From: Phoronis australis
Taxonomy: Eukaryota > Animalia > Phoronida
DNA: 64,000 bases
Direction of reading: 5' to 3'
Assembly: GCA_002633005.1 (NCBI GenBank)
Contig: NMRA01000175.1
Coordinates: forward strand, 594,734-658,733
Shown: piece after piece, positions 11,865-25,600 of the stretch
How the letters are laid out: every line of letters starts with the position of its first letter
How positions within the stretch are numbered: the first letter of the stretch is position 1
Position numbers and translations under genes: made by a program
Notes under the pieces: generated by a model
Told to the model about the DNA's origin: nothing
The model's input: only the letters and a program-made list of their open reading frames with translations
Database searches by the model: none

Positions 11865-13509
11865 TTTTTATGTGCCCACATATTTATATGTGGTCGCATA
11901 TTGCCGTCATTTCTGTCTGGCCGTCCCGCGTCCACAGCTGTATCTCCTAAACCCCTCACAGTATCTTGATGAGGTTTGGCAGATGTGTTCCTATTAATCT
12001 GACGACGGATGACGACAAATTTTGGACCTTTCTTAGTGGCAATTCTGGTTTTTTACTCTTACCTCTGTATCTTTGGAGGTCCTCAACCAATTTGCATAAA
12101 ATTTAGCAGTTAGGCATCTATTAGTGAGCTGATGCTACCATCCCGTTTTCGAACGGATTCGAGGTAGTTTGTGCCACCTAGTGGCTATTTTTTCTGTTTT
12201 CGAGTCCGTTGTTTGGTGTCCACCATTCTATCAACCAAACTGCTCTAGGGATGATTTTGAAAATTGGCATATATGTTCTTGCTGTGAAGAGGGAGACTGA
12301 CGATGATTTTCCGATGACTTCAATTACTGTGGCGCCTCCTAGTGGCATTAATTTTATTTTTGCGTCCATGGCTCTATCTCCTAAACCCTCTGCAAGATCT
12401 TTATTAAATTTAGCCATGGTATTTTAAAATTTATGAACTTGACAACAAACGACAATGACTTTCGCATAGATCGGACTTCGGGTTTGCCCCCTAGTGGCAA
12501 TTTTAGTTTTTTGATTTTACTTCTGTATCTTTGATGGTCCTCAACGTATTTTCATAACATGTAGCAGACAGGCATCTATTAGTGAGCTGATGCTATCCTC
12601 CCGTTTTCAGTTTGATTTGTGATATTTTGCGCCACCTAGTGGTAATTTTTACTGTTTTTGATTCTTGTTATTTGGCGTCTGCCCCTCTATCAACCAAACC
12701 ACTCTAAGGATTATTGTAGAAATTAGCATGTATGTTCCTAATGTGAAGAGGAGGGCTGACGATGATTTTTCGATGACCTCAACAACTGTGGACCTCCTAG
12801 TGGCAGTTTTTTACGCCCATGGCTGTATATCCTAAACCTTCTGCATGATCTTTATTAAATTTAGCCAGTATATTTATATGAACTTCACAACAAACGACTA
12901 CGACTTTCGGATGAATCGGACAATCGGTGTGCCCCCTAGTGACAATTTTAGTTTTTTTTTAATTTTACTTCTGTGTCTTCGATTGTCCTCAATGGATTTT
13001 CATAAAATTTGGCAGATAGACATCTATTAGTGAGCTGATGGGATCCTCCAGTTTTCGGTTTGATTTGATGTATTTTGTGCCACCTAGTGGCCATTTTTAC
13101 TGTTTTTGAATCTTGTTATTTGGCGCCTGCCCTCTGTAAACCAAACCACTGTAAGGATGGTTGTGGAAATTGGCATCTATGTTCCTAATGTGAAGAGGAA
13201 GTTTGACGATGATCTTCCCACAACTCATCTGTTGAGGTGCCTCTTAGTTGCAGTTATGTTCTTTTTTTCACCTGTAGCTCCTAGTGGCAATTTCATTTAT
13301 TTTGTTTTCCTCGGTTTCTCAGAAGTTCCTTGACAGATTTTTATGAAGTTTGCTAAATAGCTTTGATGACACGTACCAGTTTTCTGATTGGATTTGACAT
13401 ATTTTGCATCATCTAGTGGCCATTTTTATGTTCCAAATAAACACCCCTAGAAGCACACCGTTTGTGGTGCATTCGTGGACGTATTTCAACGCTTTGCGTT
13501 GCTCTTGTT
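11865..13509 (+). mobile_element. Diverged complete HINE of the same family as 4570-6557
   Basis: The 5' end is TTTTTATGTGCCCACATATTTATATGTGGTCGCAT. The same three-subunit array is present with CCTAGTGG cores. The 3' end is GTGGACGTATTTCAACGCTTTGCGTTGCTCTTGTT. Confidence 0.8.
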
Positions 13510-16149
13510 TAACACTGTTACAATGCTGTGTCACCTTTTAGTAAATGCAGTTGGTTTAGTATGAACATATTGCCTGGAAAAGCTACAGTTTGTATTCCTG
13601 TAGGCTCCATTCGCCTGTGTATTATCGTATGTTGTTTTTAAGGTAAACATTGCCTAAATTTCAGAAACTTGAAAATTTTTTATTTTGTAAGAAACAAATT
13701 TCAGAGGCTTATCCATGTAAATTATTTGGTGTCAGAAATTATCAAAATATTTTCAGAACAAATCAACTTCCTTTGAATAATGAAATTGTAAAAATTTTAC
13801 TGTATTATGATGTCCCAGTTACCCAATTAATAGAATCGCACTGATTAAGGGATTTTTTGGATAGTATTGAACTCACATGTAAAGATCTGTGTTGTCGCAA
13901 TCCATCATTCTTTTTTGTTTTCAGCTATGTTGAATATGATATTGATCTATAACAGTAAAACTACACTAATTTTCATGCGCCCACAAATTTTTTTTTTGGT
14001 CGCATATAGTCAGTACTTTGTCCATCTGTCACTGCTTGTCTCAAAATCCTGTAACAAGTCATGATGAAAACGAGTTTGAGTGTCAGGAAAGGTGGTTTCC
14101 ACACGGATTTTACTACCGTGCCACACCCTGTTGGTCGTGTTAGTTTTTGATTTTGCCGAGACATGACTTAAAGGAATGTGGTGTGATTGTGCCAACGCCT
14201 TGTTTGTCAGTTTTTGGCACAATGAATTATTGGAAAAATTATTAGTTTTAGATTTTCCAAAATCTGGCTATCTTGCTATAAGTGATAACATTTTACAAAG
14301 AATTGTTTAGCAAACAGTTTTATATTATGAACTGTCTTGATATTGGAGTAGAATTATCTTCTTTGAGAAATTTTCTGTGTTCATGAACTTGCATGCTGAA
14401 TAAGCATAGAATTGCTGTAATTGATTAAATACAGTTTGTTATTGTCAGTTATTCACACTATTGTGTGCAATTAAAAAGTTCAATTTTAGGGCTTAGGTGT
14501 TACTCTTTTGAAAAAAAAGATGGATGAATTGATTGTTGTGAGTTAATCACATTTTTACTTGAGCTCAGTTACTCTGTGAACCAAATCACAAATATGGTAT
14601 GATCATTGACAGATTTAAGGGGGGCCAAATGGGCCATGTCCCCCCCCCACCTCCCCTCCCTAAAATTCTCCCATATTCCGTTTGGCACTTCAGGGGTCCG
14701 AATGTCTGAGAGGCAAAATCCTGGCTAATACTCTCCCCTGGCCCCCTTAACTCAAAATCCTGGATCCACCCCTGATGATGTATGTTGTCTTCTGTTGTTA
14801 GTTTTCTTACTCTGGATCTGTCAGCACTTTGTATTCAACTTTGTATATCAATTTATCACCCAGTGTCAGACAACTGAAACTTGTCACGTTTTTCACAAAG
14901 GAAGGTAGCACCAAATAAATGTATTACCATTTTTCAAGTTATGTTTGGTAACTACATCAACAGAAAAAAGTACAGGCATTTTCAAATGTTAGATGCCTTT
15001 TTCATAACTATTTTTTTGAAATTGGGGAGATTTTATATAAAATTCATGTGTGCACCATCCAAGGTATCTTCCTCTGGTCTATTTGAACAATTGTGGGAAT
15101 TTGCAATAATGTAAGGAGCCAAGCCCTTGACTTTTGGATGAAATGTTACCTTGCTTTGATTCAGTTTTTATACAATCATGGTCTTTTAGAAACAAATTAG
15201 GCAGCTAGGTTGCATTTCACGAAATGCAATGCAAAATCTAACAAAACAGGGTACTGTGCATGCACCTATGTAAAATTGTGTTCTATATTGGGGCCTTGAG
15301 TTTGCCATTTGTTGAAAAACACTATAAGGTTTTAAAACCATGTGCAAGCTTGTGAAGTCCACTGTTGTTTTGTATCTACAATTTGATAATTTTTGTCAGT
15401 AATGAGGTCCACAAAATTAATGTTATTAGGTATTGTCGGAATCTTGTCTTGCCATTTGCTTACTGTTAAGTCTTTGTATTGAGAATTGAAATTCAGAGAA
15501 CATCGAATAAACTGTTATTTAATGGTTTTGACTTGTTACATTTGCTGAAATATGACGATTTAGTCTTAGGTTTCATTGGTGGCTGGCATTTATGAACCCT
15601 GGAGTATGACCTCACACGCACTGTCCAACATGATTAACACCCAATTATGTGGTGTGATTCTTGCTAACAACCTCTGGCGGTTTATCTTTTCCAGGAAAGT
15701 TTCTCTGGTCTTATGTAACTATCAATGTCATTAATAATTTAGTCTTGTTCCGTTTTGCACAGAGGGTTTTCACTTCACTGTGCACTCAAAGTTCTGTTTT
15801 CGTTTCAAAAATGTCTGCAGGTGCTACCAATAAAATGGGGATCCACAATAAGCTCTCACTTCACCGGCCCAGTCCGCTGTAGGAAAGTTAACACTATTGG
15901 AGGATTTGTCTAATATGAATTTGCCAACTGAAAATCTTCTCCCCCTCCCCCAGCAAACACCAACTTGAGTACTTGTGTTGGGAACAATATTTCACGATAA
16001 GCTGTGCTATTTCGGGGTCGGATTATTGAGATTTCACCGAAAGTTCAGGTCGCATATAGTATGAACCGAACTGAACATCAATTTCTTACACTTCAAGCTA
16101 ATTAATGCAATAACATGTCTATGAATCAGTCTCATTCTGTAGAGACCAA

Positions 16150-16317
16150 GGGCCCATTCCAAGAAACTGGTCTTAAGATTTGTCTCAACTTATAAACTTT
16201 GAAACTTCCACATCCGGTAATTTAGAAAAAAATAAGACAAAACTTAAGTCAAACTTTAGATCTCTTTCTGAAATTTAAGATTTGTCTTAGCAAAGTCAGT
16301 GTTCTTGAAACGGGCCC
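16150..16317. mobile_element. PIF/Harbinger-like MITE
   Basis: TIRs GGGCCCATTCCAAGAA / TTCTTGAAACGGGCCC, flanked by a 3-bp direct repeat CAA. Confidence 0.6.
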
Positions 16318-17522
16318 CAAGTTATCAGAAGGAAATAGCCTTGGCATAGTTGGGCCATCGCATGGCAAAAAGCAGCTCATCTTTAGAGTTAGACAGCTTT
16401 TTTGAAATTCGCCAAAGTCAGTGACAGTTTCGACTTAATATACTATGAGACCCAACTGGTGTGTGAGAGTTCAAATAATGAATGCAACTTACTAAGACAT
16501 TGAAATGCCGCAATAACGCAGTTTTAGACTTTCAGTACTTGCACGTCATCTTATTAATTGGTTTGAAATGTAGATCTACACTGAACACGGTCATAAAATT
16601 CATAGGCCTATACTCTCGGGCCCCTGAGTTTGGTCACAAGTGGGAATCCAACGGCCAAATCCTTCCTCATCAACAATGCTTTCCTAATAACGATTTTAAA
16701 AGCAAATTCCATAATTACCATTGATAATATTGTCTTTGTGTAATTCACAATTGGTGGTCTTCAAGTTGTTGAAACTTTCATCGTTTTCGATGGCTGTCAT
16801 TATTTCTTTGGGCCGCATGTTTTAATTATACTGTGCTTCACATGAAAATGTTCCTGGTTCTGTATTTTTTTCGACCACTTTGAGATAGATAACACCTGAA
16901 TAATTGCATGGCAGAGCCAGATATAGGGCGGGTAAAAAGTAATTACGCGGTCCACCCATCCAGGGGGTCCTCGTTCCAGACTGTAGCTGTGTACCGGGAA
17001 ACCATGCAATGTCCTAGGCCCTAGTTGGGGCCCCTGTCAACTAAAAGGGGCTTTATGTGGTATAGTGATGTCTATTGAGAAAAGTTTATTCCTTTCATTA
17101 GCTCATGTATTATACGCCTTCTCATTTTTTTCTGTGGGTCTTAGCTAGATAAAAATCGACTCTGACATAGCTGGCCGGCTTTCTGGCCAACGATTGATTT
17201 TTACAAAACCAATGTGTAAGTTATAGAAAGTTCAACTACAAATTTTTTCCGAAAAATAACAATACAGTTCTATGTTATACAATAATGAAACACAAATTAA
17301 AGCGTCGTCGGACTATATTTTTTTCATGCGCGCACCCAGCCTTCAATATGGGGGGAGGGGCTCGATTCCTGGCGTTGTGGACCTTTTAAGTTGGTAACAA
17401 AAAAGCGGGCGGACTAAAAAATGGGGCACCAATGTGAATTGCGCGTTTGTGCTTGTTTTGTGGACTTTTTCTCATTTTTTCAGACTTTTTGTTTCTCGAA
17501 GGCGGACCTTTTTGCCCACCGT

Positions 17523-18060
17523 CATTACGGCGTTTTCCCGTTGCTCCCAACTTGTTCTATTTTATAGCCCAACAACAAGTTGGGAAGTTTACCCCTGTAG
17601 TCAATATATTACACGACTGATTATATCCATTCTGGCATTCAGGGTTGGAGGGCCAGCTCTCTTTTGTTCGATAATTGCTCTAATCTTCTATAAGATCATC
17701 CTGCCCTGACTGGGCTGTGCTGTTAAAAATAAAAGTTAGGTTATAACATATTTGAACATAAACCAATAGTATTTCTGAAATTCTTGTCAAATGGTGATAA
17801 TATTTAGTTTTTGAATCGCCAAAATCGCCCAACTGCAACCGAAATTACGACAATCTATTCTTTCCGATATGTATACCAATTCACTCTGGGTTTGACGGTG
17901 TTCACACGTGGTCTACAATCAGCCTGGTAGATAATTGGCGTGCCTGTTGTCATAACAGACAAAAGACTGTGCTTGGCAGTAAACAAAGAAGCTAGATGTT
18001 ATCACACGCTCAGAACCCCCGTCGTCTGGTAAAGTCATTGAACAGGAAAATGCTGTCATG
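17523..18060. mobile_element. ~530-bp non-autonomous TIR element, copy 1
   Basis: Imperfect ~20-bp TIRs CATTACGGCGTTTTCCCGTT / AACAGGAAAATGCTGTCATG. It is highly similar along its length to 26481-27006. Confidence 0.75.
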
Positions 18061-19027
18061 TCGCCAAATGGGGTAATTAGGTCTCGTTCGAGCCCCCCNC
18101 CCCCCCCCCCCTGGGTGCGCGCATGTTCTTCCATACGATAGTGGGCACTCGCAGCGTTCCGATGGTGTCACGTACGTGTGGCATTGGGAAGTCGCGGCAA
18201 AAAAATCTCAGATCTGCAGTTTTAGTTCGAGGCGATATTAGAATAAGTCTAATGTTTCCGCTCTTTTCTTGTCGGCCTTTTAATTTGAGTAGTTTATTAT
18301 AAATGAAACACGGTAAATAGGAGGGCAAATGGTCAACATTGTAAGCTGTGATCATATAATGATTACCAGTTATTAACCCGCCTATCCGGCGTCACCCAAA
18401 AAAAAACAACATGAGTCTGTGCCGGATTTAGATCAGCTGAGTATCGTGATGATGAAATTGATCTAGTAAAATCACTTCTTACTTAGATAGGCGCGCTTTC
18501 AGTATCGGCCACTCAGGCATCCAGCAATCGGAGACTGACTTGGCGGCCCGTAGTGTCACCGCCCATGCCGCAGTGGGGGTGTTTAAAGACGTATGGCTCC
18601 TGCAACGAGAGCACTGTCTACGACGGTCCCAAATTGACATACTGCGCGGGTTCTATTATATGGGATTGTGTTAAAAAAAATACAATGGGGAGCGGAAAGT
18701 CCTTAGCTGCAAGTGCATGCCAGCGATGGCGCGGGACCGCTGGGCTCGGGTCGGTCGGCTCGGCGCCAAGCCCTTGCGGCGGCCGATTTAGGCGTACCTA
18801 GTCAGTCATAGTTTCTCTTCCTGGACGCCCGACACTAAAATTTATATGCTACTAGTTTTGCGACTGATCGAGTCGAGAAGCGAGCACGTGCACTGACAAA
18901 ATCCAACTCAGAGATGCCGCGGGAATTCAAGGCTGTTCACTGACCAACCTGTGCCCACGGCGGATAGGGTAAACTAGGGCCAAATTTGAGGACAGTCTAA
19001 GTTCGGAAAAGTCTCGCCTAAGGATGA

Positions 19028-19312
19028 TCAGGGGCGGATCCAGGATTTTGAGNGGGGGGGCAGGGCACAGGAGTAACCAGAATTTCGCAACATGCGAGCG
19101 CCCAGCCTACTGAAAATATTGGGATGCAGGGATCTCGAATTTTTGGACCTTATTACTGACGGCGACAAGCCTATTGCCGTTGCGGCCCCCGACGCCCCCC
19201 CAGGCAGTGGGGGTGCGCGGCGCATATGCTAGTCAGCAATTCGCACCCCGAACTGTCATGGTATCTGGAAGAATTTTAGGGCGCCATGGTCCCCTCCCCC
19301 TGCCGCCGGATA
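19028..19312. repeat. GC-rich interspersed repeat (CAGGGGCGGATCC-type MITE family); related pieces at ~14610-14775, ~18080-18125 and ~20480-20718
   Basis: It starts with CAGGGGCGGATCCAGGATTTT. The block CTAGTCAGCAATTCGCACC..GGTATCTGG..AATTTTAGGG is shared with ~20620-20690. Related ends GGATCCACCCCTG (~14770) and ATCCGCCACTG (~20715) are present. Confidence 0.55.
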
Positions 19313-19608
19313 ATGGCGAATACTGAACTAAGTTTATTAAAGAACTTTTTTTCATTTTTTTCATGTCATATAGTGGCCATGCAGACAACGGCGGAGTGTT
19401 ACGATAAACTGTCGACATTCAAAAGAATATTAATGGTCTTTTAAGTAAGAAAATTTTAACTCTTTTGAATATTATTTTGTTCGGAAAGTCGTTAGATTTT
19501 ACCTTGTCAGCGGTGAGGCCTATAAAGATTTGACGATTCTTGGCATCGGCGAGGCGATTCCGCTTGGGTCGCTGCTGTAGGGATTGCGACAACCGAAAGT
19601 GAACTGCG

Positions 19609-22600
19609 ATGTCGGCGCTGATGGTACACCGTCATGTCTGGATATTTATCTTGTTTTTCTCATCATTGCACTTGAATCTGGCTGAAGAGGAAGACCTTTA
19701 CAGTGTACTTGGTGTTAGTCGGTCAGCAACCCAATCTGAGATCAAAAAGGCGTATAAAACTCTGGCACGGGAATGGTAATCTGAACTCACTTTCAGTGTG
19801 CAATGTTCATCTGTTTTTTTTTTTAGTTTTAGTACTGTGTCTGTACTGTCAAGTGATTTGCGCACTAATGTGTTGAAAAGTCGTGAGTAAAACAAAGATT
19901 GTGCCCAGTTGGCTGTCGAACTAAAAGTGTATTGATATCAACAAATAATAGAATATAATTCAGAAATGTACAGGAAGTCAATAGGTTCTAGGAATATATA
20001 GTCCGATTACCTCTCGTCGTCAGTCTCCAAAGGTCGTCCGCCATCTTGTTTCGCGTGCAGCGCTGCCACGCGGGACTTAGCGTTCCAATTTGGAACGCTC
20101 GTCTGCACGTTAGGTACTAACCTCTCGGGAGAAACACGCGTGGAAGAACTGAGACTAAAATTAATGCATTTACCGACTGTTTTTTTGAGACCACTTAAAA
20201 ACTTGTTGATTTTACTAATGCACTTTTTNNNNNNNNNNNNNNNNNNNNNNNNNNNNNNNNNNNNNNNNNNNNNNNNNNNNNNNNNNNNNNNNNNNNNNNN
20301 NNNNNNNNNNNNNNNNNNNNNNNNNNNNNNNNNNNNNNNNNNNNNNNNNNNNNNNNNNNNNNNNNNNNNNNNNNNNNNNNNNNNNNNNNNNNNNNNNNNN
20401 NNNNNNNNNNNNNNNNNNNNNNNNNNNNNNNNNNNNNNNNNNNNNNNNNNNNNNNNNNNNNNNNNNNNNNNNNNNTCTAAAATGTAGGGATGCAGGGGTC
20501 TCAAATTTTTGGGTTTGCGGATCTTTTGACTAAAAAAAATTTAAACCGGTAAACGGGGTTTCTTCAGGGCCTATGCATTATTTATTCACCCCCCGAGCCC
20601 CCCTGGTTGTGCGCATGTTCTAGTCAGCAATTCGCACCTGAACTGCCAAATGGTATCTGGTAGAATTTTAGGGGGAGCCATGGCCCCCTTGCCCCTCTTC
20701 CCCTAAATCCGCCACTGGATACTCAATGCTTCCAACTTACTTTGAACATGGCAACATTGTTTATGTATATTGTATAATATATATACATTGTAAATTTGTT
20801 CCTGAATTGAAAAAAGAGCCAGCACTATGAGATCACTTCTGTCTTGAGTTAAGTGTCTCTTTCATTAACTGGGCTTCCTAGTACTCGTTACAATGTGTGT
20901 GTCCAAACTTGAAAGGTTCTGATTGACAGTGGGCGTCCAAATGATACATTGGGCGTCCAAGTGATACACTTGGCGCCCTTGCTCTATATTGGTGCTAGGG
21001 CGTCCATTTGGACGCCCAAGGACCTACGTTGTCACGAGCCTATCATTTTTGATACTATGATTTGGGAGTAGCCTTCAATTATGAATCATTGTCTATGGAT
21101 GACCTTGGCTAGTCCTCATTTGGTTTTGCAGCAATAGGCAAATTAAAAGGCTACCCTTGATCGTCGAAATGACAGTAGCACATGGAAAAGTTGTAAATTC
21201 ACAGTTGTGGTATAGGATCCTGCAATTCCTTGCTTGTAACTCAACCACAAGCTTATGTCCTCATCCAAAAGCAGAACTTGCTGCGAATGTCTACGCGTAC
21301 TTCCAGTAGTTTCAGCAATTATTTTCTAATTCTTGTGAACAGAAAGATGTTGGCTTGGCAGGATTCATAATTTCAAAAAATGCATAAACTGATGCGTTAT
21401 TTGAAGTGGATGTTTCATGGTAAAGTTTTACCAAGTTCGGATGAAAATAATTTTCAGAGATGAAACTCATCATTGAGAATTCTCGAAGCACAGTCTGACA
21501 CAGTAGCAGCCATAGTACGATATAGCATAGCAGCAGCCATAGTATGACATGGCGTATAGTTGTATAGTATACTAACAACTTAACTGTGCTGCTTGTCTTG
21601 CATGAAAGAATAAAAACAACAAAATTTCACATCTACTGTATTGTATCTTATTAGTAAGTTGGTGAGATTTTATTGTACATGATTATAATTGTCCACTTCA
21701 TCAAACATTGTATTCTTATTGATTGGTGATCTGTATGATACAGAAGAAATATAATTCCTTCCTAGACTTACTCGAGAATTGAAAGCGTCTTGTTGGCAAC
21801 TGCCGACTTTTTTCATGCTTTAGTGTTTGTCTGGAGATCGGCAGATGCCACTAAGTGTCACATAAACTTGAGAAAGTCGGTAGTGGTCGATGAAAGATTG
21901 CTTTCAATTTTCAAATCCAGGAAAGAACTGCAATTTTTCTGTATCACATTTCTCCACTCGACAAATGATAATCTTCTTCGACACGCTCTGTTTATGTATG
22001 TATGGATATAAGCTGTCCCTGCTGATGTCACTCATCTGTATTTACCGCAGGCATCCAGACAAGAATAACGAGGAGGGTGCACATGAAAGGTTTCTCAAAA
22101 TTAATGAAGCCTACGAGGTAACGGGATATTCCACGACAGTTTAGTGTTATGTTCTTGTAATAGGTGTAATGGATAGTAGAAATGGAATAGCGATTGCGCT
22201 TTAGTTGTGTGTCTGACATACATGGATGTAGTAGCACTCGAATAAGTTGGAGTCCTATGGAATTATTTTTGGCAAAATTTTTATGGCGAAATTGCTAAGG
22301 TTGTCAAAAAAGTCATGGTTACTCTTGAGAAGTAACCCAAAAGCCTTTGCTTGTTCGTTTGGGTTTTTCAACTAAGACCATTTCTTGGATTAGAAAGTGC
22401 AGATGGTGTTTGAGATGATTTTGGTGATGGTAAAACTTGCGTTTGATAAGGACTTGGTTTTTATTGACTCTGCTTATCATTTGCTTCTCATGGTGTTTTG
22501 CAAGCTGTGAAGTTTAGTTAAAAAGAAATTATAGAGTTTGTGTCTGTTTACTGTTAAATGTTTCTGTGAAATTAACAACTTTACAGTCATTAAACTGTAG

Positions 22601-25600
22601 AACAGTCAGATGCTAGAATTTTGGAGAAACCATAAAATATAATCTACAATGCAGGTTTATCTTGCAGACTTTGGGTGACAAACAGCGCCGTGCGGAGTAT
22701 GACCACTATGGTAGCACCTCCAGTATGCACTCACATACAGGGCCAGACCCTTTCGAGACGTTTGAGAGGTTCTTCAGCAATCACGATTTTGGGGGGTTCT
22801 CATTCAACTTTGGGGGTGGAGGTCATAGGTCAGACTTTCAACAGTACAAGGTCTCTTACAGGTTTGTATCTTTGGTTTTATTGACAATCAGTAAATGTGA
22901 AGTTAGTCGTCCTACCTTTGTTAAGGTCTGCGATCAACTACCAGTAGTACTACGTAAATGGAGTTAGTCAACCTTGTCTGATAATGGCCATGTGTATGAC
23001 ATCGTATTTTGTCTAGCTAACTACCAAGAAAGAATGGTGTATAGATCTTGTTCTTTAAAACAATTTTCCAATGAAAGTTTCCTTTGGAGGTCAAGCAAAT
23101 TTTTTAGCAGTTACATCATTTATGTTTGAGTCATTGAACTATACATACATCTGCCTTAAACTTACAAAACGATGGGTTCGTGTTGAAGCAATTCTTTTTT
23201 TGTTGGTATTATTTATTCTATTCTTCCCAAGCACAGAAATCATTCTTTTAAGGGTTGAAACCTTGATAAGAGACTACTGGGGTACCACTTCAGGTCTATC
23301 ACAGTGCTGTTGACATAAAGCAATGTCGAGAGCTAACATTGTTTGACACAATGTGTTGCAAAAATTAATTGGTATGTGACAAAGTGAAATTTCTCTAAGG
23401 CTGTCGCTTTTTTGAATTTTTATTTGTTGTTTGTACACACGGTGCAGGTTGCATTTTTGTGATTGACGTAAAATTTATGTACAACATGTATCTCGTTAAA
23501 AGCGTTTTTTGAGACCTTCTTCTGAATTTGGTAGGTAAATAGATCTCGTCAAGTGCTATCTGGAATGTGTGATCTGTTTCTCTCTACGACTTACCATTGA
23601 AATATGAACTATTTTACGTATTGTGAATAAAAACATTTTGAAGTGTGAAGCATCTTGCACTTTCCTACATTGTGTTGGCATACAATGTGCTCTCTCTTTA
23701 CAGGTCATTCACTTTAAAGATTTTACCAGAAAGCAAGACCAAACCTTATCTTATATATGCCTACAAAATGCTATGTTTTGAATGTCGAAGATTTGACCGG
23801 ACTTGGGATAAAGTCATTCATGACCTCAAAACCATCGGCAAGTGACATTAAATTTTCCACTCCATATTCATTAGGGTTAAACGTCTACCACCGATTGTTT
23901 ATTGAAATTCCACTTGTACGACTAGGCTTTGTTGCCTTTCTTTTTTTAACACCTATCCCTTAATTATTTAGATTCTCAACTTAAACAGTCCCGAGTATTA
24001 ACCTTGATAGATAATGGTATTCTACATGTTTGTTATTACAGCCAAACCATGTAGTATTTAACTGGGTGAACTGATAAGCTTTGGAGGAGTTCGAAATACA
24101 TGAAAGGCTAGATAATGTATGTGAGCCTCTATTCAACATATTATTGAGAGTGTAACATTACAAAAGCCCTACAATGCAGCTGTTCATAACATTTAGCTTA
24201 TTCTGAATTGGCATGGTAACAGTTTTATGTACATTGCACTAAATGTTGCTGAATTACTGCAAAATCTCACCAATTTCAGACAGAAATAATTTCCAGAATT
24301 ATCATTTTTCAATTTTCGAGTACTTCTGACATTTTAAGTTTTTTCAAAATATCGTACAAAACTTGAATCTAGTGAAGTATTAACTACTTAGTATTACGTG
24401 TCTTTTACGGAAAAATGAGAAAGTAAAATTTCCTTAGTCGGCCATATTGTGCTCCACATTCATATCATACTTTGTCTATATTTACTGTGTTATATGATGT
24501 TGACGCTTGGTTGAACAAAGTTTCTGCCATTCCTCAGGTATGGGTATTGGTACAGTTAGTCGGGAGGATGATGCGACATTGTTTGGCGAGGTCAAGATAC
24601 ATCACGTGCCCGCGGTCATCGCCGTCATTGATGGCCGTGCCACATTTCTCCGGGGTGAACTGGGAGTCCATGCCATCCGCGACCACATTAGAGGCTTGTT
24701 TCCCAGGACTTTGGTCACCAAAGTAATGTCGTTATCGAAGTGCTCAATGCAAATTATCTGTAAAGCAGTGATAACACAACAGTTTAGTTGTGTCAGACTC
24801 CTCATAGGTGTCGCCACCTATTACATGTTAATTACTACAGTCAATTCACTCACACATTATTCAGAGGTTGTTTCACCAAACTGACCTTTGCGTTTAAATT
24901 GTTCCCTTACCTGAAGTAACTGTAATTCAATTATACTCTTAATAGCTAAAACTTTAAGTTATGGTATAAAACATAAAACAAGACTTTTTAACACCACCTT
25001 TGGTGTGCTTTGAAAAATTTAAAATATGGGCCCCTTGACACTGATCATTTCAGGTGAACGACAAAAGCTACAAGAGATTTCTGAATGATTGGCATGACAA
25101 CCGTGTCCGTGCATTGTTCTTCTCCAAGCAAGACCAGCCTTCGTTGAGATTCTTGCTTATGGCCTTCGCTTTCCGCCATAGAATTGCTGCAGGCTTTGTC
25201 TGCACCTCACAGTCGGACGTGTCTGAAATGCGACTGGTGTTCAACATTCAGTCTAACATTGAGAATCTGCTGTTTTTTAATGAAGATACAACTATGCCTG
25301 TTGCCAGTCTTAAGGTACGGTCATATGTTTCGTGCTCCATGTTTTTTCCATATTAGGTAATGCATTGTATTTAATGTTGCATGGTAGCCCAAAATTCAAC
25401 CTGAAATTTATAAAGAAAATATTGGTAGTGATTGCATATTTTTAAGGTTCATTGATCATCTCGTAGATGATATAATTGGTATATTCCAAAAATGTATGAC
25501 TGAGGTTTCAAGCAGTATAAGATTCCACCAAATCTTATTTCGGGGTGCTCAGGACTGCTTTATGAAAACAAAGTTGGTAAAAACTCAAAGAAATGTTTGC

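Noticed and set aside
20007-20504. Long ORFs spanning X residues
   Set aside because: These are artefacts of the N gap.
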